A stretch of 63,140 nucleotides of DNA, filler included, from Choristocarpus tenellus KU-1152 (lineage: Eukaryota > Protista > Phaeophyceae): assembly GCA_964200185.2 (NCBI GenBank). It is 15 parts of 15 records of this genome, joined end to end, with 100 filler letters (N's around TTAATTAATTAA, not from the genome) between each part and the next. Parts side by side here need not be neighbours in the genome. Positions count along the whole stretch, not along the records: positions 1 to 6,566 come from CAXNAD020007859.1; positions 6,667 to 9,371 come from CAXNAD020025469.1; positions 9,472 to 12,597 come from CAXNAD020022138.1; positions 12,698 to 16,961 come from CAXNAD020015411.1; 11 more parts are not named here. One strand, written 5' to 3'. Below the pieces are notes generated by a model, which was not told the DNA's origin, did not search any database, and saw only the letters and a program-made list of their open reading frames with translations. This document shows, in pieces, positions 1 to 13,825 of the stretch. The position numbers and the translations under genes were made by a program. Position 1 is the stretch's first letter. The number at the start of each line of letters is the position of its first letter.

Positions 1-800
1 CATGCTCTGTGGAGAGGCTTGTTACCTTGGCTGGCAAGGGTTTCCGCAGATGGTTTTAACTCTGATTATATTACATACATGTGTGCGTTTGGTACACAGT
101 TTTGCAGAGTGTGCTTGATGCATTTTGATAGATCAATGGCAGCCATGAAAGAAATAATACTCAACAACCAACGTACAACTGTCATCTTCTGCTGATAAGA
201 AGAAAGAGTGAAGAAAAAACAAACAAGTGAATAACAGAACAAACTTGAACCAATGTGTGATGCAACTCAAGTAACATATACTATTCTTGGGTGTGGAATG
301 CAGAGCGACAGTTCTGTACTATGGTGTTCTGATGATAATTGATGTGGTGATGATGAACTTGTGACAGTAATGTCCAGAGCATAACAGACCAATAAACAGT
401 CAGTGTTGACTGGTGGAATTGTATCCTATCAACGAAAACACAGATGAGTAGCCTATGTTTTAACAGTTGACGGTGTCGAATAAAGGTGAGACATAGTTTT
501 TTATGTAAAATATTCCAAGAAATCCAACGCAACGGTCCATTTTGTAATTGAAGGTCATCCCCAAGAGCTACAAATTAACGACCCAGACTTATGGGACAGT
601 AGTAGAAACAACACATCAATCCATAACAAGACTGTGTGTTACAAAACATGAATATCTTAGAAGTAGATGCGAAGCCCAATAGATAGCAACTAATGATCTA
701 TGACCTGGTGGCCATCCCCCGAAGGCATCCTTTGTATTGCCCCAATTGCTCCCCAGCAAAGGCAATGGTATGTAGAACTACCGGTAGTTGCTATCAATTA
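1..800 (-). mobile_element. Highly degenerate Ty1/Copia pol remnant (may extend to ~3 kb)
   Basis: Residual motifs in pol order: GQYKGCL (YKARL-like), AAIDLSK, and CTKRTHVCNIIR (RTKHIDV..HFIR-like). Confidence 0.4.
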
Positions 801-1191
801 GACTGAAGTTCTCCTTTCCTATTTACACACAGGATGCATTGCAGCTGATACGTGGTGATACTATGGCTGCAAATGAAGGAGATAGTGGGGCACAGGGGGA
901 TGAGGTGCAAGCACGGGCAACAAGGCGGCCTAGAGCATTGATTTTCACAAGCCCGGACCTTGGAAGGTGAGGGTGATGGAGAATGGAATCCTGTAGGGTA
1001 GACTGGTAACGAAGAAGGTTAGATCTCTGCTATGGATGAAAGTGTTGGCGAAAGATTTTAGTGAGGGATTCCGACTTTCTAATCAATGAAGTGACCATGA
1101 GCTAGGAGACGGAAATTTGGGGCTGCACCTGTTAATCTGATGATGAAATGTTGTCATAGCTCATCTATGAAGTGTGCTGTTACTATTTTTT

Positions 1192-1449
1192 GAGTCACAG
1201 TATCTTAGAGGGTAGAGATGCATCCGTTTGGAGGCCAAAATCTAATGTTGTGATTTTGATGTTTTTTTGGCTATCGTGTTTGTTATATAGTGTCAATATC
1301 CTCTTTCCACGCACACCTTTTCATAATGTATGCATTTTACCTACTCCAAAACATTTTGGAGTAGGAAAATGTCATAAAAAACCTGTGGGAAGCCAAGCCC
1401 CAAACAGACAAACAGGGCAAAACTCGTACCCTCTAACATACTTTCACTC
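1192..1449 (+). mobile_element. MITE family A copy 1
   Basis: TIRs GAGTCACAGTATCTTAGAGGGTA / TACCCTCTAACATACTTTCACTC; interior homologous to the other copies; flanks TTT/TTG (imperfect). Confidence 0.9.
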
Positions 1450-3445
1450 TTGATCCTCTCATGGTACCAGCCCGAATACTCATACTGAAAAGGCAGCACC
1501 TCAGATACGCCACCTCACACCTAGCCTCTTCGTTATCAGGACTCTCTTCCCTGACTCAAGCCTCACAATAGCCCCATTCCAAGCCCACACCAACCCATCT
1601 TACCCTGTCCAGGCCGTGGAAGCACATTGTAGAAGATGCAGTAATGCATGAGATTCGTGGAATTGCCCTTGCCCGCAAGGACTCCTTGCCATACCTTAAC
1701 TACAGTTCTACACTCTCTGAAGGTGTGCTTCAACAGCCCGGTATATACATTTTAGACCTTATTTCCTAACCCCCGTTAAACTCTCTTGCTTCGCGCCTCT
1801 CCACTGAGTCATTAACTTCATCATATGCCCAAGAAAATCGCCTTTGTGATCTAGTGACTGAAACATTATGAAGGACAGCACACACACCCATTTCTCCAGT
1901 ATCATGTCAAGCCCTCCAACCTTCTTGGCATTGAATCTTCAGTGCATCACAAATTGCGTCTCAAGAACATGTAGCACTGGAACTCCTCATACTGGCACTA
2001 CACGTCAGTCTTATCAGGGTCTAAATAAGACTTTTCGGTAGAAGTCTGTTGTCTGAAGTCAGAGACACGCACGTATGGTTCTTGTTAAAGTCAACACCCC
2101 TGTTGTTGAGGCAGTGTGCACATACGCTTTACAGACCTGCCAATAAGAAAACGATGGCATTTGGGACAGCACAAGCGATGTTGCTGACATCAACCAAATC
2201 TTCTTTGCCAACTACTCCTAGTTCTCCGGTATGTGGTCAGAAAGGGACATGAAACACCAACAGGTGCCACATTTGGCCAATATGCCTCTTTTGTCCAGCA
2301 CAGCCACATGCAAGTTTTGCCATAAACACGATCTGGATAATCCTCTCCTCCCCCCCCTGTCCCATCCCTCTGCCGCAATTTGCAGTATTGGCGTCAGCAA
2401 ACTGGGGAAGTAACAGGATCAATGTGATGCTTAGGGGTGATTCCACTGCTGTCGCTACACTCCCTGTCACCAGTAGTGGAGTGGAAAAGACTGGGGGTAC
2501 GGGCAGGGAACCTGGAGGGAAAAATAGGGGTTCTCCATTGTCATCATCCATTGCTGGTCATCACAGAGGAGGAAGAGGGCAACCTAGCCATAAGGTTCCG
2601 TTTACGCCCTCGATGGGCTTGTAGAAGGAGGGGAACAAACCCAAGCCCTGCAAAATGACACCGAGAATATGGATTGGGGAGAGGGGTAAAAAAGGAAAGA
2701 GGAAACGCCTTAGTAGTTATGTCCAGACACTGAGGGGCGACAACATTAAGAGGACCAAGAGCCTGCCAGGAGCTATGTTCTTTGTCTAAACGATTAAGAC
2801 TACAGATATCCCTATTGCAAGAAAGAGCATCCTGTCTCCTGACCCTAGATGTCCGTGACCTATGCCATGCACATCTATCTGCATGTGCTTTTTCATCTAT
2901 TTCAAGGATTCAGAGCCATCCTATCTTAGAGAAGGGTCTGCTTTAGCCCTCCTGAGTATTTCAGGATTTTTAAAGGTCCTGCTTGACACCCCATTCCCAA
3001 ACTTGAGATTCAGCTAAGCTCCCTTACAAGGCTATGGATCCAGACACAAGAAAACAGACATTAGTTCACATAAAAAGCACAAAATCGACCTCCAGGGTGC
3101 TAGAAGCACCTTTACCTTAAGAATGTCGTAAGAGCCCCAAACAATCAACACCTCCCTCTACTATAGGATTTATCTAATTTTTGATAATAGATGCATCATC
3201 TATTAATATATTTCAAATTGCTCTATTATAAATCCCAATAGAGCTGCTGCCGCTTCCACCAAACGGCCACAATAAATATTGATAACTTCTACATAGCAAG
3301 AAGAGGCCTGTCGTCCTTCTGTGAAGGCTCAAATTGAACACTTTTGAAGTAGGCCAACATGGATAATATAAATACATTCTGAAGGCATTTTTTCTAGCAT
3401 TCCTAATCTCTAGTCTTGTGTTCGTCTCAGTAGGGTTTGAAGTAT

Positions 3446-3685
3446 GAGTCCAGGTACCTTAGAGGGTGGAGCCATGTCTGTTTGGGGGCCAAATTACAAT
3501 GTTGCGATTTTGATGTGATTTTGGCTATTGTGCTTGTTAGGAAGTGTCAATATCCTCATTCCGGACACATCTTTTCAGAACATACACGTTTTACCTACTC
3601 CGAAACATGCTGGAGTAGGAAGATGTCATAAAAAAACCCGTGGACAAACAGGGCAAAACTCGTACACTCTAAGATACTTCCACTC
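3446..3685 (+). mobile_element. MITE family A copy 2
   Basis: Same TIRs, small internal deletion, 3-bp TSD TAT. Confidence 0.9.
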
Positions 3686-5119
3686 TATGTGTTCAATTCA
3701 TATAAGTGCTACATACCTTGGAGCATATATTATGTGTGTATGTATGACATCTAGGTCAGGGTTATGGCTAGAAAAAATAGCATAAATATGTATTGTCTAA
3801 GGAGTTGTTTGAATGAGAGCTGGAGGGGAAAAAAAAAACTAATACCTTTTAAGTCTTACAAGATCTTTAGGCAGGAAATATTGTATTGGATCATCACAAC
3901 AGTCTGTTTCATAGGTGCAAATGTGTCTTACTGTTTATCCCGATGCAAGTGGAGAGGCCAAGTATGCTCTAGTCCACATACAGAGAAAGGGTTGACCCTA
4001 CACCACTACAAGATATTTCAAAATGCAATTCTGGTGCAACTGAGATGTCGCAAGCTAAAGCAATATTTGCTTAGGTTTGCAAATGATGTACAACTCACCA
4101 GCAGTCAGCTCACAAGACCTACAAATCCTGCCATCTCACTACATCCGGCTTGTAGCTCTCACCCAAGATCAACCTCGATTCTCTCAAAGCACTTGAGACC
4201 ACAGAGTCACAGACAATGCAGTAGACATGCCATCTATACAGCCAATGAAATCGTACTCTTTTTCAACAGACAACAGTTTTCACATAGATATATGTGTAGG
4301 CGTATACAGAGTTCGTTGGAACCAACCCTCGTATGCTTCATATATATATATATATGATGTGGTAAATGCACAATTCACAAAAAGATCTCCGAAGCATCCC
4401 TTTTGTGCAAATATTCTTTCTATCCTTCCCTCCCCCCCCCCCCTCCTCCTCCTCCAGCGAGCTTCCTACTATATGCCGCAACATGACCCCATCCGCAGGA
4501 CTACCTCCAATATTTTCTCACCATGGCTTATTGATCGACCCTGCTTCTAACACCATCAACAGAAACAAAACAATAACCGACAACAGCACACTGCGGTCAA
4601 ATATCATGCCTGCATGCTTTAGACAGTGCAGCATCAGACCAGGTAGGCGATAGCACAGCACTACGCAGTGCTTCATAGTGTATACCAAATATCTTGGGGC
4701 AGGGGCAGGGACAACAAGCACACAAGTGGATCTCCCCACCCCTTGGCTGAACACCCAAAAGAAGAGCATGCCCAATGACAAGACCCAGTTTTTGCCCCCT
4801 CCCCGTTTCCCTATCCCTTCCCCCTTGCAATTCTACTAAAAAGCTGTTACCCAATCACAAAGCCTCTACAGCTCGGAATGAACACAATTCACTACGGAGG
4901 CACAGGAAAAATACACTCAACCCAATCCTAGCAGAAACGCCTCCGGGCTGCAGGGCTGTGGACCCCACCCCCATCCATCACCGTATTCTCAACAACCCCA
5001 CACGCCCCAAGAAGAGAAGCAACAGTGAGCTCAAATCGTTTTCTCAAGCAGGGCAACAACTATGCAATGCACACGCACTCTTTTCCCCCAGGCCTTGGAA
5101 GTGCACAAGGCGTCTGGAC

Positions 5120-5977
5120 TTAGCGCTGGCGCTTGATAGCACGCTCAATGTCATTGTATTCCTGTGAGCACGAGCATGATAGCAGATGGGTGTGTGTATT
5201 GTACATATTGGTAGGTGGGAGGGGGGGGAGGGACAGCTGAGATTTGTATGTTGACTGATGATGGGAGGCCAAAGTGCATGAGAGAATTTTTTACTGGCGC
5301 TGACATTTCTGTGTCTAATAAAAAAAACACACACACGGGAGAACAAGAACAAAAACACACACTTGATTGTTCGTGCTACTGAACCCTACACAGCCCCCCC
5401 CCTCCCCCCCTCCCACAACAAAACACACGACATCACAGCATTTCCTTTTATTCCAAAAAGGGACAGGCATGGCACGATTCACTGAGAAAACAAGAGGGAG
5501 GAAGAGAGGAGTAGGAGTAGGCAAAAGATCACCGCATGTATTCACACTGCCAAATTGAAAACGCCTCCGTGCTCGAATCCATTGCAAACGATATGCAAAC
5601 AGCAACAAAGAATATCGGTTCTTACCTACTCCGATTTACCTGCGCCTGCAAACAAAACCCTCCGCGCTCTTAGAAGACTCTTCAACTTTTCAAGTTAAAA
5701 TATTTATTTTAAATCACCATCAATATTAAAAAAGAAAAAAAATGTTATCATGCAAGACACACACACACGCACACACAATACATACATACTTATGTAATAC
5801 ATACACATTTTTCTACACCTGCATCAGGCGCTTCCGGCGCTTCTCGGGCACGGGGAACTTGGGTCCGTAACTGGCATAGTGGCCGGCAAGCACACTGATA
5901 GATGTGTACAGGTTAGAGTAAGAAAGCCTTCCAGAGATAGATGTTGACCGGCGGTAGTTTGCCACGAAGTCGGTCAT
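5120..5977 (-). CDS. psb27: Photosystem II assembly factor Psb27, last two exons (5977-5819 and 5161-5120); 5' part not seen in this contig
   Basis: Exons read MTDFVANYRRSTSISGRLSYSNLYTSISVLAGHYASYGPKFPVPEKRRKRLMQ | EYNDIERAIKRQR*, matching the Psb27 YRR...LAGHY...PEK..KRL pattern. Canonical splice sites, phase 0/0. Absent from the ORF track. Confidence 0.9.
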
Positions 5978-6566
5978 CTGTTTCATTGTCGTATTTTCCA
6001 GGGGAGGGGGGAAGGGGAAGGAGAGGCATGGGAGTGGAACAGGGGGGGGGGCGGCATTGGGTATGTTGTTTCAAACTTGGGATATTATGCTTGAATCAGA
6101 GAAGCATAGAGGGAAACAAAAACTGTGACATCCGAATGAATGTTGCATAGGTGGTGGGGTTGCCGGGGTGGTAAATGAAATGGAGGGGAGAGACAACATG
6201 AGGGCTTGCACCTCAAACTAGGATGATGATACTTCTATCTTTGAAGGTTAGGGCCAGTGAAAAATGTGTGGTTTATATATATATGTACAGAAATACTGTT
6301 GAATATATATTCAAAACCTAGAAAAAATAAAAGTGATTCACTCAGGAGCTGCAATGCAACTGGACTCAAAACACACAGGAAGGAGTTCGCGTTTATTGCT
6401 GCATCATGAGTGTGGTTCACTAAAGCAGGTAGGCAAGAGAGGTTTCCAAATTTTGCGTGATTTGCAGAGATACTCTAAGACATGAGGCAGAGGAGATGCA
6501 CGAGCCATAGAAGGCTACCAGGGTATGTGGGAGGTATAGGTGGGGGCGAAGATGTTCGGAAGGGGG

Positions 6567-6666
6567 NNNNNNNNNNNNNNNNNNNNNNNNNNNNNNNNNN
6601 NNNNNNNNNNTTAATTAATTAANNNNNNNNNNNNNNNNNNNNNNNNNNNNNNNNNNNNNNNNNNNN
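6567..6666. other. Artificial contig linker N44-TTAATTAATTAA-N44 (also starting at 9372, 12598, 16962, 21030, 25663, 28326, 30937, 36437, 39346, 43906, 47430, 54452, 58196)
   Basis: Identical 100-nt spacer each time; the 12-mer gives stops in all six frames. Confidence 0.98.
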
Positions 6667-6953
6667 TCTTGCAAGAGTTGGCAAAGGAGTTCTTCCCCCC
6701 CCCCCCCCTGCCCGCCTACATGTTCGCACGTCCATGGCACTTGAAATTTTCCTCAGTTGTTTGAAGTTGAAGTTGTGAATGTGGAAAGCTTGTGTCAACT
6801 GTTTTGAAGGATGTATTTTTTTAATGTTTTTTTTAGTGTGTAACAGGCAGTGCTATTGTGTAGGAACAGTCTTGCGTATCATCTCACTTGATACTATTAT
6901 AATATCATTTTTTTTAAACGAAAATTTGAAAGAAAAAAAATGAAGTGCGATCC

Positions 6954-7034
6954 CAAAAAACAATCTCTTGATAGTGTAGATTTAGAAAGGAAGTTCAAAA
7001 AACAATCCCTTGATAGTGTAGATTTAGAAAGGAA
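6954..7034. repeat. Tandem duplication, 2 x 42 bp
   Basis: CAAAAAACAATCYCTTGATAGTGTAGATTTAGAAAGGAA repeated. Confidence 0.9.
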
Positions 7035-7418
7035 AGAGTGCAAGGCGACTACGGCTGTTTGAATGCTGATCAATATACGCCTTGAGAGACACAAGTGAAT
7101 GCTCATGGGTATGGCGGTAGTATGTAGATTCGCATCTTTGCATGTATCGATGTGAGAGCGTGATGTAACTGCCATGTCTCTTGGTTTTATGTTTTTGATG
7201 TTTAGTGTTTAATGTTGCAGCAAGTCCTGTACGTAGTCGTTTTACTGTTTTTGTTATTGCAATTGTCCTCTCAAGTATAGTGTATCGTTGGTGTGGTTAT
7301 TTTTTGTGTTAGGTTGGATGTTAAGGTCCATTGTGACTTCGAATGATTAGCTTCTTTTATATTTCACTTTTTTACTTTTAAAGAACCTTATTATGGTTCT
7401 CACCTCTCAGGTCATTCT

Positions 7419-7581
7419 CTTGTATACTATTAATTTGTGCAGTTCCTTGTATGCCATTAATTAGTGCAGTGCCTTGTATGCTATTAATTGGTGCAGTTCC
7501 TTGTATACTATTAATTAGTACAGTGCCTTGTATGCTATTAATTAGTGTAGTGCCTTGTATGCCATTAATTAGTGCAGTGCC
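7419..7581. repeat. Minisatellite, 6 x 27 bp
   Basis: Unit approximately CTTGTATGCYATTAATTAGTGCAGTGC, head to tail, substitutions only. Confidence 0.93.
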
Positions 7582-8905
7582 AAGGGAAAAGGTCTGTCTC
7601 GGAGTGAGATAATCGTATGTACTACCTTTGTTCTAATTATTTTGTCGGTGTTCCTGCGGTGAAGTGAAGCTTCCCAGGTACTAGAAACCTAGCTGATCTG
7701 CAGTCCTTTTCGCCGGGCTGTCGCTCTATTGGGTTGACTATCCAGACAAGAACTGTGACCAGACTAGCAGCCTGCCCTAGTTTGGTTCAAATCCCTGAAG
7801 ACCCTGGACCGGCGGTCCTGTTGAAGAACATTTGGTTCTGGGTTAGTTCCCCTGTCTGGGTATGTTCAAATGTATGATGGCGATCTCTCTACAGATTGTT
7901 GTTGCCAGACTGGGCAGCCCGGTCGAGATGATCCAAGGGCGGTCCTATTGAGATGAATTGGGACAACCCCCAAATTTCCCAAGTACTTTTGGGAATGATA
8001 ATGCTTTTGCATATTGTCTCAGCCGAACACATTCATTCTTGATGTAGGGATGAGATCATCCACGTTTTGACCAGACTGGTCCAGTACCATTGACTCTGGA
8101 CTAATTTAGAACCGGGTGGTGGACTGGGTCTCAGCCTGGTCCCATTGAAATCTCTGATGAACTTGTACTAAACTTAAAAAAAAATAATGTATTTTGGTAC
8201 CGGACTGTCCTGTGGTCCAGAGTCTCTGAATAATGTCTGATGACCCTGGACTGGTCATATATCAGAAAGACTTTTTCGAGGCTGGCGGCCTTAGGTCCAG
8301 AGCCATCGCATTTACCCAGTTCACTATTTCGAATGCAGTATGTGGTCTGTGGATGGATGGGTAATGCTGCTGCTGTCTTGCCTTTATTTTATTGTTTTGA
8401 ATGAAAGATTCATTCGTGTACTTTGAAAAAAAAATGTTAATGTAATCGTTTTGTAATGAATAATGTACCTCGTGTGTTTGAATGGCCATGTTTCGTATTT
8501 TTAGGGTTAGGGTTAGCCCCCCACCCGCCGATGCCTACCTGTTCTGAATGACATGCGGGGGTTTTGTTTATTACTTAGTTGTTTCTCAACAACACCTTAC
8601 TATGTCTTAACTATACACTACTGTGTAATACTGGTACAAAGGAGGAGATGCAAAAAATGGAGCCCAAGCAAAGAATACGAGATTCGCTGCTGAATAAATT
8701 TGGGTCAGTTGATGAGTTGCTATAACACTACAAGGCGTAGCGTTGCGATGTAATCTATAAACCCAGCATATTGTCATAGTAGTCTTGCCTCAACAAAAAC
8801 TAAACCGCCACCGTGGTTTTATCACACCCCCAACCTTGCTTACATCTTTGTACTGCAGCCCCCCATTGTAACCCTATTTACCCAACTCTTGACTGAAACT
8901 CTCAG

Positions 8906-9012
8906 GATCAGGACTGCGAGGGCCATGTGGAGGGGGATGAGAGACCATGCATGCTCTTCTTGGACTCACTGAAGATGCACCATCCAAGACGGGTGCATTT
9001 GTACCTTCAAAG
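8906..9012 (+). CDS. Internal exon of a Ulp1-family (peptidase C48, SENP6/7-like) SUMO protease
   Basis: ctcag|...|gtgagc boundaries. Translation DQDCEGHVEGDERPCMLFLDSLKMHHPRRVHLYLQ contains the PCxLxLDSL catalytic-Asp motif. Confidence 0.75.
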
Positions 9013-11053
9013 GTGAGCCACGCGCCTGCCACACGCCTATGGCAGGTGCAACACGCCTGTTAGTGTCTCTTGAGACCCTGTATCGGGACGCTCGATAGAG
9101 TCAGTGGTGGAACCGCGGAACTTGTTCCTTTCTGATAATATGGCTTAATCAAATTCCTGTTTGATTTTGGGAAAACCTTTTGAGGTCTTTCCATTGGGCG
9201 AATTATTGTTTATGTGGACAACTATTGGTCTGGAGTTTGTGACTTGTTGTGCGCTTTTGTTCACTTTAAGATTACTTTTCATATTTGATCATCACTCGGT
9301 TGGACCCCCCCCCCCATCACGTAGCCATTACAAACAGACGCAATCAAAAAGCTAAAAATAAAATGCCCCTGNNNNNNNNNNNNNNNNNNNNNNNNNNNNN
9401 NNNNNNNNNNNNNNNTTAATTAATTAANNNNNNNNNNNNNNNNNNNNNNNNNNNNNNNNNNNNNNNNNNNNCCCCCTCCTCCTTCCCGTTCTCCCCGCAA
9501 CACAATAAAACCCCTCCACATATACATCCCCAACTACAATTATGGCCCTATTTTTTTTTTTGGGGGGGGGAAAGTTGATTTCTAGAGACACCGGCTCTAT
9601 TCCTATCACACATCGTAGGGGGAGGGGGGTGCATTAGTGGAAAAGGGCACCCATCTAAGGGGTGAGGACATCATTATTATTTTCTTCAATGTTTTTGAAT
9701 CAAATCAAGTCTTTTGGTTAAGTACGGTGATACTTCAATCAGCCCATCGTTGAATCCCCTAGTTAGCTAGTTCAAGGTGCAGTGGAGTAACCAACCCCAA
9801 AATACAAAGAAAAGAGAACTAGCTAACAGCTCTTGCACCATAAAAAAAGTCAATAATTAACAAATTCATTGAACACCAGTTACGATTTTAATGATCTGTA
9901 CCTGATTTGTGTCATAAATTCTACGTTCAAGTATACACCAAAAAGATGTACCTTTTCCAGAATATACCTTGTTTCCGTCACATTTCTAATTCCAAGTATA
10001 CCTCAAAATCATGTACCTCTTAATGTCTGTACCTTTTTTCTACCATTACTTCCACTTCTAAGTACCAAATAAAACTGATGATTACCCTTTTCAGACTATA
10101 CCTTGTTTCTGTCCATCGTTGCTCCCTCCATGCCACCTCTTTGAAGCACCCAATTCCTTGACTTCTAACCTGAAAAGAAAACAATCATTCATTCACAGAA
10201 CAAAAAATATCATTCACTAAAAAATGTATCACATATTCCCACACCCCCGATAACTAGAATCAACAAGCAAATATAGCAAATATTCATCACATTCTTTACA
10301 GTATGTATATTAATATATACTTTGCATCTTCAATACATAGTTAAAAAAAATCAATCCTAGGCAGCATTCTCAAAATAGACCATGCCTTTTTCACACTCAG
10401 GCCACCAACTAATCCACAACTTTCCTGCCTTCCACCTCCTAGGAATTCATCACCAATACATTACCCCCCCCCAAAAAATAAATAAATCAGAATTCCACTT
10501 GTACTATCAACATTTTTTTCTTCTAATATAGTCTTACCATTCCAGAGACTAACCCTAACCTCAATATATAAAAAATGATAAATCCCAAACCGCCTTTCAG
10601 AAAAGGAAAAAAAAATATATATATAGAGCCGGTAGGAGGATGTCAGTTTTTTTTTATTTTTCTTAACTCAAGATCAAAGAGACTGACTTCCATACAAAAA
10701 AACACCAACAAATATGGACACACACACGCCTCTGTCTGTCTGTCTCTCTCTTCCTCTTCACACCAAAGCATTCGAATTCCTGTCAACAACGATTTCATCT
10801 CATAACCCTAACCCTAACTACTTCAACGATAGTAAATAACTAAAGAGAAATAAATAGAAATAACCCCAGTATCAACTCCGCAAGAAAGAAATAAAAAAAG
10901 ACAAAACTTCAACAAAGAGGAAACACACACGCGAGGAGCAGCCCTTCAACTTCAACTTCAATGGTCCAATCCATTCTACTCTATTCTACTAGCATTCTAC
11001 CAGCCTTGTCAACACATGAGTGACAACTCTGTCCCACTACAAACACTACAAAC

Positions 11054-11147
11054 CTTGTCAATCCCGATGGAGACCTTGGCGCTGTCCATGCTGTCGCCAT
11101 CCTCCCAGTCGGAGCCCTCATCCTCGTCCACACTGGTGTTCCAAACC
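11054..11147 (-). CDS. Isolated internal exon, unknown protein
   Basis: GC-rich island in low-complexity intron-like DNA, ccccag|...|gtttgt, reading VWNTSVDEDEGSDWEDGDSMDSAKVSIGIDK. Confidence 0.6.
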
Positions 11148-12697
11148 CTGGGGAGGCAATACGGAGACAGACAAGATTATACCAGAAACGAACACAAACT
11201 CCCATTAAACATAAAAATATTACAAAATACAAAAATAAATAGCCAAGCTTGAGACAATTTAGATTCCTATCCCTAACTCTAAATAAAACACGAATAATAA
11301 AAATGTGCACACATAATTTCAAACTCAGCAACACCACCACTAGTTGTACTGTAACTTATTTAATAGTTGCCCAACTGTCACTATCTTAAGGTACACTAGT
11401 ATTCATATTATACAAAAAGTATCAAATATAAAATAAAAAAATACCAATACAAACCATGAAAAAAATAAAAAACACTACACACTATTATTATTACTATACA
11501 GATCATTCCACAGCACACAACATACTCCTACCACACAAAGTCCATGCCCCCTATCCCCCCTCCCCCCCAAAAGAAGGAAGCATCACGCACCAGCCAAATC
11601 CATCCGAACCAAGGATGTGTGTGTCACCCTCCCCTCCTCCTTGGTCCATCTCCCCTTTGTGTAGCATCATTCCAGGGGCATTATCACCACCACCATTGTT
11701 ATTTTTATTATTATCATCATCCCCTCCCTCAAGAGTGCTTACAGTCTCGTCTGTATCACTGCTTCCACCACTTCCCCATCCATCATCCACAACCTTCCTA
11801 GCAGTTACTCTACAAACAGAAGGAGAGAGAGAGAGACAAGCAGACAGGCAGACACCCACCATTAAAAAATATAACCAAAAAGATTGTAGTAACATGTATA
11901 CTCTAAAGCAATTCAGAGTATTGACTGCATCGAACATTATAATGAAAAAAATTGAGATTATCAATAATAATATTGTTATAATGACAGTAGGTTTGAATGT
12001 AGACAGGGGCAAGTCACCATGCACTATAAAATAACACAAGTACGCACTACAGAAAACAATAATGTAGAAATAAAATAAAATAATATATATATTAAATCAA
12101 TAGGTAACTGCATCTGCCTTCCTTCATCTATACCGCTGTATGATAAATTCATGTTGTATAATCTAGTTCGATTAATTAATTATGTAGCTTGATAGAATGA
12201 TGCTGTATAGTCTGATTTTGAATATTATTGCTATTAATATCGTACACCTTGTTCTTTTTATAACATAAAAATATGACAAAAAAAAAATCACAAGCTCTTC
12301 GTACTGTAACGTGGACTTGAGTACATAATGAAAAACCAGGAAGGCGTGTTGTTATAAAATAATAATAATAATAACAGGAACAATAATAATATCGGTATCA
12401 AGTTTAAAGGGTACAAAGTTATTATTCCCTTGTGGGCACATATGCTTGGAGGCACTACTATACTAGGAAAGGTACACATATGCTTTAGGGAAACAGAGAA
12501 TTCATGTGTGTCAATAACCTTCTTCTACAAGTGAGACCACCCTAAGTGGAAGGGGGGGGGGGGGTTTGTGCTCTTCAAACACGACCACGATGTACACNNN
12601 NNNNNNNNNNNNNNNNNNNNNNNNNNNNNNNNNNNNNNNNNTTAATTAATTAANNNNNNNNNNNNNNNNNNNNNNNNNNNNNNNNNNNNNNNNNNNN

Positions 12698-12760
12698 GGG
12701 TTGTTTGGCCGAAACGGACGCCCCCTCACAAACCACCCCCCCCCCAAGATACTTTGACCC
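12698..12760. mobile_element. Orphan B-type TIR end at a contig edge (others at 21130-21177, 39325-39345, 39541-39564, 43878-43905)
   Basis: Poly-C followed by AGATACTTTGACCC, or its reverse complement, at or near assembly gaps. Confidence 0.8.
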
Positions 12761-13109
12761 ACAATGTATTGTCTTGTGGCTTGATATTTTGTTAATACTT
12801 CCAGTTGTAGTCTTACGTGTTGTTAGTATGACTAAGAGGTTATTATTTTTGTCATTGTTATTATTAATATCCCTATTGATATTGTTCTTATTATTATCAT
12901 TGTTGTGTATTATTTTTTCTTTGACATTTTGTAGACGCGTCAGGGAAAAAGCCAAATCAGTATCACAGCGAACTCTGTCAAAGTAACCGATGTCGTAAAT
13001 GTAAAAGATACCTCTACAAAAGCTATCTACTATTTGAATACTAGCTATGCTATTATAGTGCTTCCTTAAAGGTTGGTAACCACAAACGTGTTTGAGCACT
13101 GCTGCTATG

Positions 13110-13367
13110 GAGTGAAAATATCTTAGAGGGTACGAGTTTTGCCCTGTTGTCCATTTGGGGCTTGGCTTCTCAAGGCTTTTTTAATGATATTTTCCTACTC
13201 CAAAATGTTTCGGAGTAGGTAAGATGTATACATTATGAAAAAGTGTGTCCGGAACATGGATATTGACACTTGCTAACAAACACGATAGCTAAAATTACAT
13301 CAAAATCGCAACCTTGAATTTTGGTCCCCAAATGGACGCGGCTCTACCCTCTAAGATACTTTGGCTC
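13110..13367 (-). mobile_element. MITE family A copy 3
   Basis: Inverted copy, 3-bp TSD ATG. Confidence 0.92.
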
Positions 13368-13793
13368 ATGTCTCTAACCTAGCTTAACCCAATAAATGTG
13401 GGGAGGAGGTTGGAAAGCATCCCAAGAATCTCACGAACCCCTTCTTGCACCTCTGCCTGGTGACTTGAGGTTGAAATAGTTAACATATCTCAAGAAAGTC
13501 AGTTGTGTAGTGACGGGCACTATTTGTTGTAAGCAGGACTTCACAGCTGCTCTCCTGTTGTAATGTCCCGACCCTCTCCCCCCTCTGCACTTGCAGCCGA
13601 CTAACACATCTTGAAAACTTTGTGTTTGCTTACCAAGCCGGCCAAAACTTTCTTCCGTAGGGGTGTTGAGGTTAAAAGTACGGGGTCAAGAGAGCCCTTA
13701 TAGTGGGTGCGCTTTTGTACCTCAGCTCTAGCAATAACTACACCGTTTGTTGGTGGATGAGTGTGGTATAATTACCATTATTATTATTATTAT

Positions 13794-13825
<32 letters not shown>

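Noticed and set aside
1172-1453. Recurring small ORF family (e.g. LPTPKHFGVG, ESILEG at several loci)
   Set aside because: These are chance translations of MITE-A copies; frames are not conserved between copies.
6611-6622. Recurrent palindrome TTAATTAATTAA as a biological repeat
   Set aside because: Always centred in identical N padding; it is a six-frame-stop concatenation linker.
11456-12039. Long ORFs in low-complexity DNA (also 3764-4357 and 62243-62902)
   Set aside because: Driven by microsatellites and compositional skew, with no recognisable domain or splice support.
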